A stretch of 64,000 nucleotides of DNA from Scyliorhinus canicula (Eukaryota): positions 558,001-622,000 of the forward strand of contig NC_052167.1 of the NCBI RefSeq assembly GCF_902713615.1, written 5' to 3'. The position numbers were made by a program, and so were the translations under genes. Shown piece after piece: positions 12,601-26,220 of this stretch (position 1 is the first letter of the stretch; the number at the start of each line of letters is the position of its first letter). Under the pieces are notes generated by a model that was not told the DNA's origin, made no database searches, and saw only the letters and a list, made by a program, of their open reading frames with translations.

Positions 12601-13402
12601 GTGGGGCCGATGAATGGCAGATGGAGTTTAATTTGGATAAATGTGAGGTGATGCATTTTGGTAAATCAAATCAGGGCCGGACCTACTTAGTTAATGGTCG
12701 GGAGTTGGGGAGAGTTACAGAACAAAGAGATCTAGGGGAACAGGTTCATAGCTCCTTGAAGGTGGAGTGGCAGGTGGACAGGGTGGTGAAGAAGGCATTC
12801 AGCATGCTAAGTCTTATTGGTCAGAATATTGAATACAGGACTTGGGATGTCTTGGAAGTTGTAAAAGACATTAGTAAGACCACATATGGAATACTGTGTT
12901 CAGTTCTGGTCACCCTATTATAGGAAGGATATTGTTCAACTGGAATTTGGGCAGAGGAGATTTACGAGGATACTACCGGGACTTGATGGTCTGAGCTGTA
13001 AGGATAGGCTGGAACTTTTTTCCCTGGAGCATAGGAAGCTTGGGGATGAACTTTTAAGAGGTCTGTAAAATAATGAGGGGCGTAGATAAGGTAGATAGTC
13101 AACATCTTTTCCCAAAGGAAGAAGAGTCTAGAGCTAGAGGGTATAGGTTTAAGGTGAGAGGAGAGAGGGGAAATTTCTTCACACAGAGGGTGGTGAGCAT
13201 CTGGAACGAGCTGCCAGAGGCAGTGGTAGAGGAGGTACAATTTTTTCCTTTTAAAAAAAAAGTTAGCCAGTTACATGGGCAGGGTGGGTATAGAGGGATA
13301 TGGGCCAAATGTGGGCAAGTGGGACTAGCTTAGTGATAGAAACTGGACAAGCTGGGCCGAAGGGCCTGTTTCTATGCTGTAAACATCTGTGACTTTATGA
13401 CT
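9630..13402 (+). mobile_element. Near full-length degraded CR1/HER1-like LINE (ORF1 esterase, APE endonuclease, RT)
   Basis: ORF1 AIVIGDLIVRG and DGLHL (SGNH/GDSL-like). EN motifs GLYYRPPN, VIVGDFNFP and SDHN. RT motifs YMDFSKTFDKVPH and WQMEFNLDKC. Many frameshifts. Tail ctgtaaacatctgtgactttatgact. Confidence 0.9.
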
Positions 13403-13679
13403 AATTGGATAACTCTTTTGAAGTGCTGTCACGATGGGCTGAATGGCCTCCTTCAGTACTGGGTCTGGTTTCTAATAATTATTTTCTTCCGCAAAGCTAC
13501 CAATCCTCCCACGTAAATGTTCTGCAGGTAATTTTGGGGGTTCTCTCCCAGCAACTTGAATTTGTCCACTTCTTTGTTCCCTTTGATCTTGCGCAAAACC
13601 AGGGCGGGTGCCTGGCCCCTGCCCCTTGATCCATGTGCTACCCAGGAACATTCCCATTCGATGGACACCAGACTGGAAA

Positions 13680-14255
13680 GTAAACACCTTTAATGGCCCC
13701 AGGATGTCCCAAAGTGATTTACATCAATCAAGTACCTTTTGAAGAGCAATCTCTGTTGAAGTATATGAAATGCAGCGGCCAATTTGTGTGCAGTAAGCTC
13801 CCACAAATCAGATGATTCCCAGATACCTTGTTTCTTTCAGATGTTGGATGAGCGATGAATGTAAAGCCTGATGCCCGATTAGAACATGCCACTCCCCTCA
13901 CCGTTGCCCTCCTTCAAAATAATTCTCCGCCAGCGGGATGCGGCGTTTTGCCGGCAGCCTGGGAGTTTCCCGATGGCGTGGGGTTGCCCAACAATGGGAA
14001 ACCCCATTGAGCAGCTGATGTAACGGAGCATCCCGCCGGCGAGGTGGAACAGAAATGTGGCGCGGTGGGACGGAGAATCCAGCCCAAGGTCTCAGTTTAC
14101 CATCTTGTCCAAAAATTGGCACCTTTGCCAGTGTGTGCCCCCTAGTACTGCCCTGAAATGCCAGCCTAGATTTTATGCTTGGATTTATGGATCAGGACAG
14201 GAACCCACCTGTGACTCTGAGGTGAGAGGTGTTCCCACTCAGCCAAAAGGACGAC
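13680..14255 (-). mobile_element. Old Deu-domain SINE interrupted by a MITE fragment (about 13920-14085)
   Basis: Deu-SINE segments ggatgtcccaaag, gcagcggccaatttg and agtactgccctg. The insert ends in the TIR gagaatccagccc. Confidence 0.6.
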
Positions 14256-15341
14256 ATCACTTCTTGAACATGCACCCACTCTCCTTTCTTCGGTGCCCAC
14301 TCCCCTCTCGGCAGCGCCAAGACTAACCAGGTTGGGTTTGCTGAAGTAAAAGTGCTAGGGGTTGCCAAAATGAAGGTCTGTGTTATAATGGGAGAGTTAG
14401 CGGGCTTGAGGAGTGAACTGTATGCAAAATGGCCTCCTTCTCATTCTTCCCTTTCTTTCCAATCATTGAGAAGCTCCCGAGACAGGAACAGCAGAATGAG
14501 TATCTTAAGGGGCTTCACTGGAGGCTAGAACCTTGCTCAGTGGGGGCAAGGTCACACCTCTTACCTTCTTTTGTGAATTGAGTTGTGAGACACAATCAAA
14601 CCATCGGATGCCCTTTAACAGTGCCGGTATTGGAACTCTCCCTGATTGTTTTGAGGTTTATGGACCATGTCTTGCGGTACCCAGTATAACAAATCATTAA
14701 CATCCCAGGCTCGGGTCCTCCTCCCTCTATGCAGTCACCCAAACCCAGCCACAATCAGTAGCTAGTGAAGGGAAAAAGAAAATCAGTCAAGGCTCTTGCA
14801 TCTGATTGCTATTCAGCAACACACTAACATGAAGCTGCTGGTTTATGGATAAAAACTGAGAAGAGGGTCATGTTCGAAACATACCATAGTCGAATAGTCA
14901 CTTGTCACCCACTGCTTGGGCTCGAATACACAGAAAGCCACTTGAGCTGGGTACATCTGTGTTACTGTATAACTGCTCCTCAAAATTGGTGATCGGAGGG
15001 AGGAGGAACATAAGGGGGGGGTCTTTTTCCAAAGAGAGTGGATTTCTTGTTCCCTGTTAATTATGTTCTAAATCCTAATGGAGAAATTATAGAACAGTGC
15101 TGTCGTCTTGCATTGAGTCACAAAAGTGCCAGATTAAGAACTGGATTAAACCATTGACTGACCGCAAACAGGCTGCATGCACTTGTAGGAAAGAGAGGAT
15201 ATTTTTTGAATACATTATTTGGTTTAATATGCTGGAAAAATATTTACCCAACTATTTGGGTACGCCTGCCGAAGAGTAAGAGAGCAGACATCTGCAGCCC
15301 CGTGTCCTTTTGTGAAAATTGTACTCTTCATGGCACGGTAT

Positions 15342-16355
15342 GGGCAGCACGGTAGCACAAGTGGATAGCACTGTGGCTTCATAGCGCCAGGGTCCCAGGT
15401 TCCAGTCCCCACTGGGTCACTGTCTGTGCGGAGTCGGCACATTTTCCCTGTGTCTGCGTGGGTTTCCTCCGGGTGCTCCAGTTTCCTCCCACAGTCCAAA
15501 GATATGCAGGTTAGGTGGATTGGCCATGATGAATTGCCATAAGTGACCAAAAAGATTAGGAGGGGTATTTGGGTTACGGGGATAGAACAAAGAACAAAGA
15601 AAAGTACAGCACAGGAACAGGCCCTTTGGCCCTCCAAGCCTGTGCCGACAATGCTGCCTGTCTAAACTAAAATCTTCCACACTTCCGTGGTCAGTATCCC
15701 TCTATTCCCATCCTATTCATGTATTTGTCAAGATGTCCCTTAAACGTCACTATCGTCCCTGCTTCCACCACCTCCTCTGGCAGCGAGTTCCAGGCACCCA
15801 TTACACTCTGTGTAAAAAAATTGCCTCGTACATCACCTCTAAACCTTGCCCCTCGCAGCTTAACCCTGTGTCCCCTAGTAATTGACCCCTCGACCCTGGG
15901 AAAACGTCTCTGACTATGCACCCTGTCTATGCCCCTCATAATTTTGTAGACCTCTATCAGATCGCCCCTCAACCTCCTTCATTCCAGTGAGAACAAACCA
16001 AGTTTATTCAACGTCTCCTCATAGCTTATGCCCTCCATACCGGGCAACATCCAGGTAAATCTCTTCTGCACCCTCTCTAAAGCCTCCACATCCTTCTGGT
16101 AGTGTGGTGACCAGAATAAACACTATACTCCAAGTGTGGCCTAACTAAGGTTCTATACAGCTGCAACATGACTTGCCAATTTTTATACTCAATGTCCCAG
16201 CCAATGAAGGCAAGCATGCTGTATGCCTTCTTGACTACCTTCTCCACCTGTGTTGCCCCTTTCAGTGACCTGTGGGCCTGTACACCTAGATCTCTCTGAC
16301 TGTCAATACTCTTGAGGGTCAAAGTGGGAGGGCTTAAGTGGGTCGGTGCAGACAC
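15342..16355 (+). mobile_element. HE1-type SINE split by an antisense CR1 insertion
   Basis: The SINE runs to gggttacggggatag (15585) and resumes as gagggcttaagtgggtcggtgcagac after about 16325. Confidence 0.8.
15586..16320 (-). mobile_element. Young HER1-like CR1 3' fragment, same subfamily as 105-1800
   Basis: Aligns by eye with only scattered substitutions to about 105-838. ORFs 15691..15972 and 16077..16370. Confidence 0.9.
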
Positions 16356-17199
16356 ATAATGCGGCCTCACGCCATTGGGTCATGCACAACGTGATGCTCC
16401 CTTTTGAGAACTGTTGAGAGATTCAAGCTAGGGCCGTTTAAAAAAAAACAAGATTAAGATGCAAGATAAATAAGGCTATTTTTACGCAACTGAAGGGGAG
16501 AAAACCCCCCCCCACAGAACAGTGGTATCAAAGGATTCAATCTCCCAGCACGGAGAGAAAGGGACTGTTGGAATTTCTGTCTGAAATTCTCCCAGGGTTT
16601 CACAGACACACCATAAATAGTCATTGGAGCAGGAATTGAAATTTCATAAATCACTCTGCTAACTCTAATGTCAATCTATTAAAGAAAGGAATCTATTTAA
16701 AGTAAATTTCCCTCCCTTCGCATTCCTGTTAACGAATCTAACTGTTTTTCATCCACTCATGAACTAGGAACTTGTTGACACTGTTAATAGGGGCATATTA
16801 AGGGCACCGATGTGATGATCTTGGCCCAATCTGTGATAGTTAAAGCATTCAAAATAAACGGATTAACCCCCATCAACGAGCAACTGGTTTCAAACGTATT
16901 TAATTCTCATGAACCATAACTTCAGTCTCCTCTTTACTTTCTTCACTTGTTGTGGGTATAAGATGGTCACTAGTAAATTCAATAAGGAATATATAAGTTA
17001 CACCTCTTTTCCCAGAGAGTGAATATCATAAGGAGTACAGGCAGTTGAGGCAGAGTACAGATGCATTTTTGGGGAAACTGGATAAGTTTATGAGGGACAA
17101 AGGAAAAAATGGGTGGGCTGATTGGGTGAGATGAGGTCGGGTGGGAGGAGACATCTGTGGAACATCGTCACTGGCATGGAACTGGTAGGCTGGAGGACT

Positions 17200-17380
17200 T
17201 AGAACATAGAACATTACAGCGCAGTACGGGCCTTTCGGCCCTCGATGTTGCGCCGACCTGTAAAACCATCTGAAGCCTATCTGACCTACACTATTCCATT
17301 TTCATCCATATGTCTATCCAGTGACCACTTAAATGCCCTTAAATTTGGCGAGTCTACTACTGTTGCAGGCAGGGCGTTCT
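17200..17380 (-). mobile_element. HER1-like CR1 3' fragment
   Basis: Tail agaacatagaacattacagcgcagtacgggcctttcggccc. Confidence 0.7.
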
Positions 17381-17588
17381 GATCTGATGTATTTTAACAA
17401 TACCATAGCTATATCACTATTTGGCCATTGCTTGTTGATGAGGCTATACAGTTTAATCTTTTTTTTAAATAAGGCACTACAACTAAGTCACTCCCAAGAG
17501 TTTGCAAGACAAGAAAGGAAAAGAACATGAAGCAGCACATCTTTCAGACTCTGGGGATGTCCTAAAGTACATTAAATACAGCGCATTA

Positions 17589-17770
17589 AATGAAATGAAA
17601 ATCGCTTATTGTCACGAGTAGGCTTCAATTACGTTACTATGAAAAGCCCCTAGTCGCCACATTCCGGCGCCTGTTCGGGGAGGCTGGTACGGGAATTGAA
17701 CCGTGCTGCTGGCCTGCCTTGGTCTGCTTTAAAAGCCAGCGATTTAGCCCAGTGTGCTAAACCAGCCCCT
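17589..17770 (-). mobile_element. tRNA-derived SINE without V-domain, with Rex1-type tail (family C)
   Basis: Head ggggctggtttagc...ggttcaattcc. Tail gtgacaataagcgattttcatttcatt. Confidence 0.8.
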
Positions 17771-17964
17771 TAGTTTGAGTTGTGATTATTGATCTTGTGT
17801 TGATTAACACGGCACATAGTAAGGTCCGATACACTGCTACTCCAGAGACGTGAACTCCAGTGACCTGAACAGGCGTGTGCCTCTCTGTCCAAATTGGAGC
17901 TTGGATTCCTGGCTATATCTTCATTCATGCCCTTGCCTCGCACTGATTGTTAGAAAACACCAAT

Positions 17965-19180
17965 TGAATCATGGACTATCTATCGCACAAAGAAGTTCAT
18001 TCAACCCAACTGCAAGAGCAATTTAGCAAGTCCCAATCTACCAGCTATTCCTCTGTAGCTCTTCATTTCCTGGTTAAGATTGAGTCCGCTGCCATCATCC
18101 TTTCAGGCAGTGCGATCCAGATCCTAACCACTCGCTGTATTTATTTTTAAAAGCATTTCCCTCGCATTGCCTTTGATTCTAAAGCCTGTGTGCCCTGCTT
18201 CTCAACCCTTCCGGAAATGGGAACAATTTCTCACTATCTGCTCTGTCTCGACTTTGTGATTTTTGAACACCTCTATCAAATCACCTCTCCAGGGAGAGCA
18301 ACCCCAGCTTCCCCAATCTATCCAAATAACTGAAGTCCCTCACGACTGGAAGCATACTTGTAAACCTTCTCTACGCCCTGTCCTTCACATCCTTCCGAAT
18401 GTGTGGTGCCTAGAATTGGACTCAATACTCCAGTTGAAGCTGAACTAGTGTTCCTTAAAGCGTCCATCATCATATCCTTGTTTTTGAACACTTTAAGTCT
18501 CTTTAAAGTCTAGGATTCAGGATCAGGTACAGCTTTCTTTTTTTTATAAATTTAGAGTACCCAATTCATTTTTTCTTCTCAATTAAGGGGCAATTTAGCA
18601 TGCCCAATCCATCTACCCTGCACATATTTGGGTTGTGGGGTCAGGACCCACACAGACATGGGGAGAATGTGCAAACTCCACACAGACAGTGACCCAGAGC
18701 CGGGATCGAACCTGGGACCTCGGTGCCGTGAGGCAGCAGGGCTAACCCACTGCGCCATCTTGCTGCCCTAGGTACGCCTTTCTAACCTGCCTGTCACCTG
18801 TGATGAGTTATGCACATATATCCACAGATCTTAATGTTCTTGCACCTGTTTTGTATTGTTTCTTTTATTTTATATTGCCTATTTCATCTTTCTTTCCAAT
18901 ATGTAGCACCAATTTGCACTTCTGTGTTAAATTTAATCTTTTCATGTCCTTCATACTGTCTATATTCTCTTGAAGTCTATTACAATTCTCCACACCGTTC
19001 CCAATGCTTCCAGATTTAGTGTCATCTGCTAATTTCAAAATTGTGCCCTGTTCACTGCAATCTCCATGAATTTTGATCAAGAAAAACAGTGATCCTGGTG
19101 CTGATCCCTTGGGGAACCCCATTATATACCTTCCCCCAGTCCCAAAGAAATAAACTGCCTATCGCTATTTTTATTTTCTG
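17965..19180 (-). mobile_element. Old CR1 LINE 3' portion containing a short V-SINE (18537-18768)
   Basis: ORF 18865..19122 contains GFPKGSAPG and KLADDTK. Decayed 3' UTR. Confidence 0.65.
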
Positions 19181-19669
19181 TAACCCAGCTACCTTACAAT
19201 CCACAATTGTTTTCTGCAGCAAACAGTGATCTGAGGTGGTCTCCTATGTGTGAGTGGTGCTAATGAATAATATGTTTTCATCTTTATAAATACAAAGACA
19301 GTTCTAGTTTGTGATTCATTCCTCGTAATAGAGGGCACCATAATGTTCAGTGAAATGATTTTGTCAAGCCTAACTTTAGTTCACTAAATTGTTATGAGAC
19401 ATGATTGAGCATTGATACTCTATTTTACCCTGGCCTTGAGAGTAATGAGTAACATTGCTGCTGAAAATGCATCTGGGCTGACACTCCGCTATGAGTGACT
19501 GGGGCTGAATAAACTGAGAAGTTGGTGATCCTTGCCACGAAACCTTGATTAACGACACTGCTGAAGCCGGCCAGATAATTGCTTAGGAAAGCTCGAGAGA
19601 CAATTGAAAGTGTGTGGGAAGGATCTCTTCCAATGCGCGCAGCCAGGTATAATCACCGTTCTCCTCTGA

Positions 19670-19783
<114 letters not shown>

Positions 19784-20332
19784 TAGGTAGCCAAACAAGG
19801 AGGCTGAATTTGAATGATGTATTTCCTTTTGTCATCAATGCAAACAAACTGAACAGGCAAGGAAGACAATTCGACGCCATTAATTGAACTTTCCAAATCG
19901 AGGTAAATGTCTGATGAACATTTTTGTTCTATATATCGTCCCTTCATTACATGCTGTACACACAAGGTCCAAAGTGCTCTTTATTTAGTATATCGATATT
20001 TAAATGGTCCCTCCCCCCCTTGATCACGTGACATCCTGCCCCCACACTCATGGCATTGTGGTACGTCATATTCCAGAGCCGATCGGAAAGCAAAGGGGCT
20101 CTTCATTTTCTGTTTGGTCGATTCTTGGTCATCAGCCAAGCGGCCTTGTTTCCCCAGCTCCAATCTTTTCAAAACTAGCAAATCAAGTTGTGCAAAGAAA
20201 TTTGAAGGAAAATCACTTCTAGGATGTCCTGAGATTTTTTTTCCCTACATTGTTTGCAGCCGTGTTCTTGAGATTAATCTTTAATGTTTTGACACTCCAG
20301 GGCATAGGCAATCTCTGAAGTTTGAGAACAAT

Positions 20333-20894
20333 GGGCTGGATTCTGCAATAATGGGGCTACGTCCCTACGACCGCGAAAAAACGGGCACGAGTCACTCTGG
20401 CACTTGTCTGGAGTGATTCTCCGTTTTTAAGGGGGCTCGCAGGGCCCTGGAGTGCTCCACGCAGCTCCGACTGCCGATATGGGGCTCTGCACTTCCGGCA
20501 TGCGCGCCGGCCCAGCCGTGACATGGCAGACCCACACAGCGGGCCGGCACCGAAGAAGTATAGGTGTTCCCCCCCCCTCAGATTGCGTGCGCCCACCGAT
20601 CGGTGGCCCCTGATCAAGGGCCTGGCTGTCGTGGAGGCCCCCCCCGCCCCCCCAGTGACGGATTCCCCCGCCCCCCACCAGGACGCCCACCACAGCTGCG
20701 ACTCTGAGCTCCCGTCGGGTGGAACCACATGTGAACCATGCCGGCGGGAACTCGCTGGTCATCCGCGGAGAATCGCCACGGGGCCTCTTTCAATGGCCCC
20801 CGACTGGCGCCGCATTGACTGCGGACACGACGCCACAATCTCCACCCCTGCGGCGAGCGCGATTGCGGCACAGAGGCTCGGAGCATCCCAGCCC
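20333..20894. mobile_element. GC-rich MITE related to 8885-9430
   Basis: Ends are gggctggattctg and gagcatcccagccc. Shares an internal motif: ctggagtgctccacgcagctccgactgccgata here versus ttggagcacctcatgcagctccagctgccgata at about 9000. Confidence 0.65.
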
Positions 20895-22762
20895 CTACTT
20901 CTGAGCCACACTGATGCAGTGAAAGGCCAAGCAAAACTCTTCCCAGGATGCTTCCTCTCAGGAGATAGTCTAACTCCATTTGAGAATCTCCCCACAATGC
21001 AACCATTGGCTCCCTCCATCACACTGCTTGCCCACACTAGCTTTGCCTCAAAAGGGATAGTTGAATAAATTATTCTGTCAATATCAAAATAGATAGAGGG
21101 AGAAAGGCTCTTAAACCTGACCTCTTTGATACCTTATTAACTTTGTGATGATTAGAAAGCTGCAATTATGAAATTAATAAATAATTATGGTATTAGTTAT
21201 TGTTAGCAGCCTCAAGGAGTTTTATTATATGAACGGAATACTGCCACGTGCAGACTAGATTTTGTGAAACAAATAAAAGGGCTTGCTCTGTTTTTTTTTA
21301 AAAAGCTCAGCATTATATTGACGAGGAGGACCACACAGTGCACAGCACAATGCTTGCTGCAAGGACTGGGTTCTGGTTTATTTAGTCCAGATAAAGGCTG
21401 TCCAGTTTGGTTGTGCCTGTGGGCACTTTCCTTTAGCGATGTGCATCACAAGAGCGTGAAGGAGAAAGGCCTTGCGAATCTGCCCAATTCCCAAAGTGAT
21501 CAAACCCATCCCTACTCGCGAAATATAATTCTCTCTCCAAACAAAATTGTGTCTTGAGGCTATCGATACCATCTCCTTCAGTTTTTTAAAATAAATATTT
21601 CTAATTAAGTTTACATGTTCTTGCACAGCATCGGTGACCTTCGCTGCTAACTTAATGCTGCAACCCTTGTCGCTCCTTAGTCAAAAAGTGTTCAGCCCGT
21701 AAATATTTTGATCATAAATAAATGTGACTGATGCCACTTTGACACAGAATTCACTTGTCTTTGTGCGTGTGTTCAATCTGAAGAGGCAGCATGTAGATAG
21801 AAAAAGATAGTTTTAAAACGTCAATAATGGGTTGAGAGAATGCCCATCTAGTCGAGATGCAGTGTTTAGGCCAGTTTGCATTATAGACCGCAAGTTATAA
21901 TGGACCCAGGGTCGAGAGAGAGTAGCTTGTATTTTGCGATATTCTTCCTTTGGCAAGTGATTCCCGTTCCTTAAAAATCCACAATAATTGCAACTTATAT
22001 TGCAAACAGGACAAGGTTCCACGAACGCACTTAGCAACTGGAGCCGTTTCATAAGCCACAGGAAGCTGGAGGATGAAGGCAATAGGCCATGTTAAATGAG
22101 AGACTGCGTTCCCTGGATCAGTAACCAGTGCTTGTCGATTTAGAACAATTGGTGAAAGGGGGGAATGAGAACAAAAATTTCACAAGGCGAGTTGCTGTTG
22201 AGGAGCTGGAACTCGTCACCTGGTCTGGGAAGCAAATCCCATAGCAAATTCCAAAAGGCATTTGGACATGTTTGCAAGGAGGACTGATTTGTTGGGTCAA
22301 GAAAATAGCAAGGGTGTCTGACTAAATTCCACCTGTGTTCCAAAGAGCTGCCAAAGGCTCGATGGGTCAAGTACCATCATTCTGTGCGTCGCTGATTCAA
22401 AGACCCTAACCCAAGGATAAATAGTTGAGGCCTTTTTGAAGTGATATCATTGGAGTGCAATAGTCTCCAGGTAACGAGGATTGCTGACAGCCTGTGAGAG
22501 GAGCTGTGTCCGTGAATGTGAAGGCAGGTATTCTTTGTTTCCTTCTGCCACAGATTGTACACCACATGCCAGATTTACTGAAATAATTGTCCTGACTGCG
22601 GAGTCCTTTAAACAGGGAGACTAATTCAACGGGGCTAGACTGTTGTCCAGTTTAGTCCCAGAGGACTAAAGTTATATATGTTATCTAAAGTCTTACTGCA
22701 AGATATATTTCGCAAACCAAGGTGCCAAAATCACACATTAAAAAATAAAAAAAACTGTCCAT

Positions 22763-23102
22763 TCATAGAACAGTACAGCACAGAACAGGCCCTTCGGCCC
22801 TCAATGTTGTGCCTAGCCATGATCACCCTACTCAAACCCACGTATCCACCCTATACCCGTAACCCAACAACATCCCCCTTAACCCTACTTTTATTAGGAC
22901 ACTACGGGCAATTTTGCATGACCAATCCACCTAACCCGCACATCTTTGGATTGTGGGAGGAAACCGGAGCACCCGGAGGAAACCCACGCACACAGGGGGA
23001 GGACGTGCAGACTCCACACAGACAGTGACCCAGCCGGGAATCGAACCTGGGACCCTGGAGCTGTGAAGCATTTATGCTAACCACCATGCTACCCTGCTGC
23101 CC
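22763..23102 (-). mobile_element. HE1-type V-SINE
   Basis: Full head, V-domain and tail. Confidence 0.88.
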
Positions 23103-23390
23103 TTAGAATTCCTGATGAGGTTTTTATTCCCTTCCAGAAGGTAGAGACCAGGGACTTGGAAGCAGCTGTCAATCTATTCCTGAGATGACCTCCTCCAGTT
23201 GAGCTCAAGATTTGACTGTGCAACTCGCCTTAAAGGGCCGCAGACTAACTGTGAGCAATGTCTGCGGAGGTCAGCTAGCAGAAGGAACAGCCAGCCGCAG
23301 CAGTGCAGGTTTACTTCAGGTTAACTGACTGGAACTTGCTAGTCTGCAGCCCATTAGTGCCATAAGGATGTAGCAAGAATTACTTCTTTC

Positions 23391-23576
23391 AGGGGCTGGT
23401 TTAGCTCACTCGGCTAAATCGCTGGTTTTTAAAGCAAACCAAGGCAGGCCAACAGCAGGGTTCAATTCCCGTACCAGCTTCCCCGAACAGGCGCTGGAAT
23501 GTGGCGACTAGGGGCTTTTTACAGTAACTTCATTGAAGCCTACTCGTGACAATAAGCGATTTTCATTTTTCATTTT
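23391..23576 (+). mobile_element. Family C SINE (Rex1-type tail)
   Basis: About 12 mismatches over about 178 nt to the reverse complement of 17589-17770. Confidence 0.82.
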
Positions 23577-23729
23577 AAATCTGCTGCAATTCATGTTTGT
23601 TATAATTCTAAGAGTATTTTCAGAATTATTAACTTGGAGCAGTATGAGCTACTTATGCATTTATTTCTTTTATTATATTTTTCATTTTGGGACCATGACT
23701 ATTCGGACCATTATGTCCTTGGAAATCTT

Positions 23730-23952
23730 TTTTTATAATTAATTTAGAGTACCTAATTATTTTTTTTCTAATTAGGGGGCAATTTGGTGTGACCAATCAC
23801 CTACCCTGAACATCTTTGCATTGTGGGGGTGAGACCCACGCAGACACGGGGAGAATGTGCAAACTCCACACAGTGACCCGGGGCCGTGATCGAATCTGGG
23901 ACCTCGGCACCCTGAGGCAGCAGTGCTAACCACTGTGCCACCGTGCTGCCCC
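23730..23952 (-). mobile_element. Short V-SINE
   Basis: TSD tccttggaaa(t/c)ctt on both flanks. Confidence 0.85.
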
Positions 23953-24071
23953 ACCTCCTTGGAAACCTTAACTTTTTTCAAGAGATGAAGTCACATGAAA
24001 CTTGGCCAAAGTGTAATTGTCAGCAAAACTGTGACTGATAACAGCATGGTAGGAGGCCCATTCAGCCCATT

Positions 24072-24315
24072 CATAGAATCACAAAATCCCTACAGTGCAG
24101 AAGGAGGCCATTTGACCCCACGAGTCTGCACCAACTCTCCAAACGAGCACAGCCACCTAACCTGCACATCTTTGGACTGTGGGAGGAAACCGGAGCACCC
24201 GGAGGAAACACACAGGCACGGGAGAACATGCAAACCTCACACAGTCACCCAAGGCTGGAATAGAACCCATGTCCCTGCCGATGTGAGGCAGCAGTGCTAA
24301 CCGCTGTGCCACTGT
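24072..24315 (-). mobile_element. HE1-type SINE (internally deleted)
   Basis: Tail, V-domain and head are all recognisable. Confidence 0.7.
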
Positions 24316-24774
24316 GACTCCATAGCCCATTGAAAGAGTTCATTGGCCCCTTGAAAGAGTTATCCAATTATCCCCACTCCCTTCCCCTCGCTTTTCCCAG
24401 AGTTCCACAATTGTTTTCCTTTTCAAATATCTCTCCAATTCTCTTTTGAACCCTTGGGTGATAGCAGCAGATTCAATCCTTTCAGGCAGTATATTGCTTA
24501 CTGTAACTTGCTGTGTGGGAAAAAACCTCTCCACATCTGTCCAATTTCCTTTGCAAATTATCTTAAATGGACAAATTATTAAAAGGATTATTGCAGCCTC
24601 GACTGTTATGCAGATGTCCCCAGCTTTACACACATGCTGGACATGTAGGGATGGATTTTTAACACATAGAAAATGCTTTTCTGTTTTCTACCTATGGAAA
24701 TTAGGAATTGTCCCTCGTGGAAAAAAGTATGGCTGTTTGCTTTAATCGTGTGTGTACAAACACATTAGACGCAA

Positions 24775-24980
24775 TGCTCCAGCGGTTCACGCTGGTGGGA
24801 TCTCCCGGTTTCGTCGATGATTCACCCCCAACTACGGGTTTCCCGGAAGTGTGGAGTGGATTCGATGTATAAATCCAATTGACAGCGGTGGGACCCAAGG
24901 ATCCCGCCACCGGCGAACAGCGAGCTGCCTCCTGCCACCAAGAAACACGCCACCGGCAAACAGCCAGAGAATCTCGGCCC
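24775..24980. mobile_element. MITE fragment (same TIR family as 8885-9430)
   Basis: Ends in gagaatctcggccc. The interior resembles 13920-14085. Confidence 0.5.
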
Positions 24981-25030
24981 ATGTTTTCTTCACTGTTACT
25001 AATTCGGATCCGCTTTGCGCAATTCAATTC

Positions 25031-25340
25031 CTAGAATCCCTACAGTGTAGAAGGCGGCCATTTGGCCCACCGAGTCTGCACCGACCTTCTGAAAGAGCAC
25101 CCTCCTTAGGCCCACCTCTACCCTATCCCCATAACCCCACCTAAACTTTAGACACTAAGGGACAATTTAGCATGGCCTGTCCACCTAACCTACACATCTT
25201 TATGGCTTGGGGGAGGAAACCAGAGCACCTTGAGAAAACTCACACAGACACGGGGGAAAATGTACAAACTCCACACAGACAGTCAACCAAGGCCAGAATG
25301 GAACCTGGGTCCCTGGTGCTGGGAGGCAGCGTGCTAACTT
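25031..25340 (-). mobile_element. HE1-type SINE
   Basis: Decayed tail and V-domain. Confidence 0.72.
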
Positions 25341-25414
25341 CAAAGTCACACTTTGTCTGTTGCTTAGTCAGGAGGTCTTTACAAGGATGTACAGGCACCG
25401 GAGGGGGTGCAGAG

Positions 25415-25860
25415 ATGATTCACTAGGTAGATTCCAGATTAGAGGGGATTAGTTTATGAGGAGAGACAAAGTAGACTGGGACTATACTCATTAGAACTTA
25501 GAAGAATGAGGGTGGATCTTATAGAAACATATAAAATTATGAAGATAATCGACAGTATAGAAGCAGGGAGGTTGTTTCCATTGGCTGGTGAAACTGGAAC
25601 AAGGGAGCATAGCCTCAAAATAAGGGGGAGCAGATTTAGGACTGCGGTGAGGAGGAACTTCTTCAGTTGAGGCTACCTCGTTGAATGGTTTTTAAGGCAA
25701 AGATAGATAGATTTTTGAACAGTAAAGGAATAAAAGGTTACGGTGAGCGGGCAGGTAAGTGGAGCTGAGTACACAAAATCATCAGCCATGATCTTATTGA
25801 ATGGCAGAGCAGGCTCGAGGGGCAAGATGGCCTACTCCTGCTCCTAATACTCATGTAACT
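25415..25860 (+). mobile_element. CR1 LINE 3' fragment
   Basis: Encodes an MRVDLIETYKIMK-like C-terminus. 3' UTR gatggcctactcctgctcctaat. Confidence 0.75.
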
Positions 25861-25967
25861 TATATTATGTAACTTATGTAACATCTGACTAAAAATTCCT
25901 TGCATTACATTCATCCTCAGGCAAAGTTTTAGTGGATTCATGACATGACCTGAAATGAATGAGTTTC

Positions 25968-26220
25968 CTTTTTTTAAAAAATATTTATTTATTTTTCTTT
26001 TTATAATTTTGAGTACTCAATTATTTGTTTTTCCAATTAAAGGGCAATTTAGCGTGGCCAATCCACTTATCCTGCACATCCCTGGGTTGTGGGGGTGAAA
26101 CCCACGCAGAAACGGGGAGAATGTGCAAACTCCACACAGGCAGGGACCCAGGGCCAGGATCGAACCCGGGTCCTCAGCGCCGTAGGCAGCATAGCTAACC
26201 ACTGTGCCACCGTGCTGCCC
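25968..26220 (-). mobile_element. Short V-SINE
   Basis: TSD atg(a/t)atgagtttc. Confidence 0.85.
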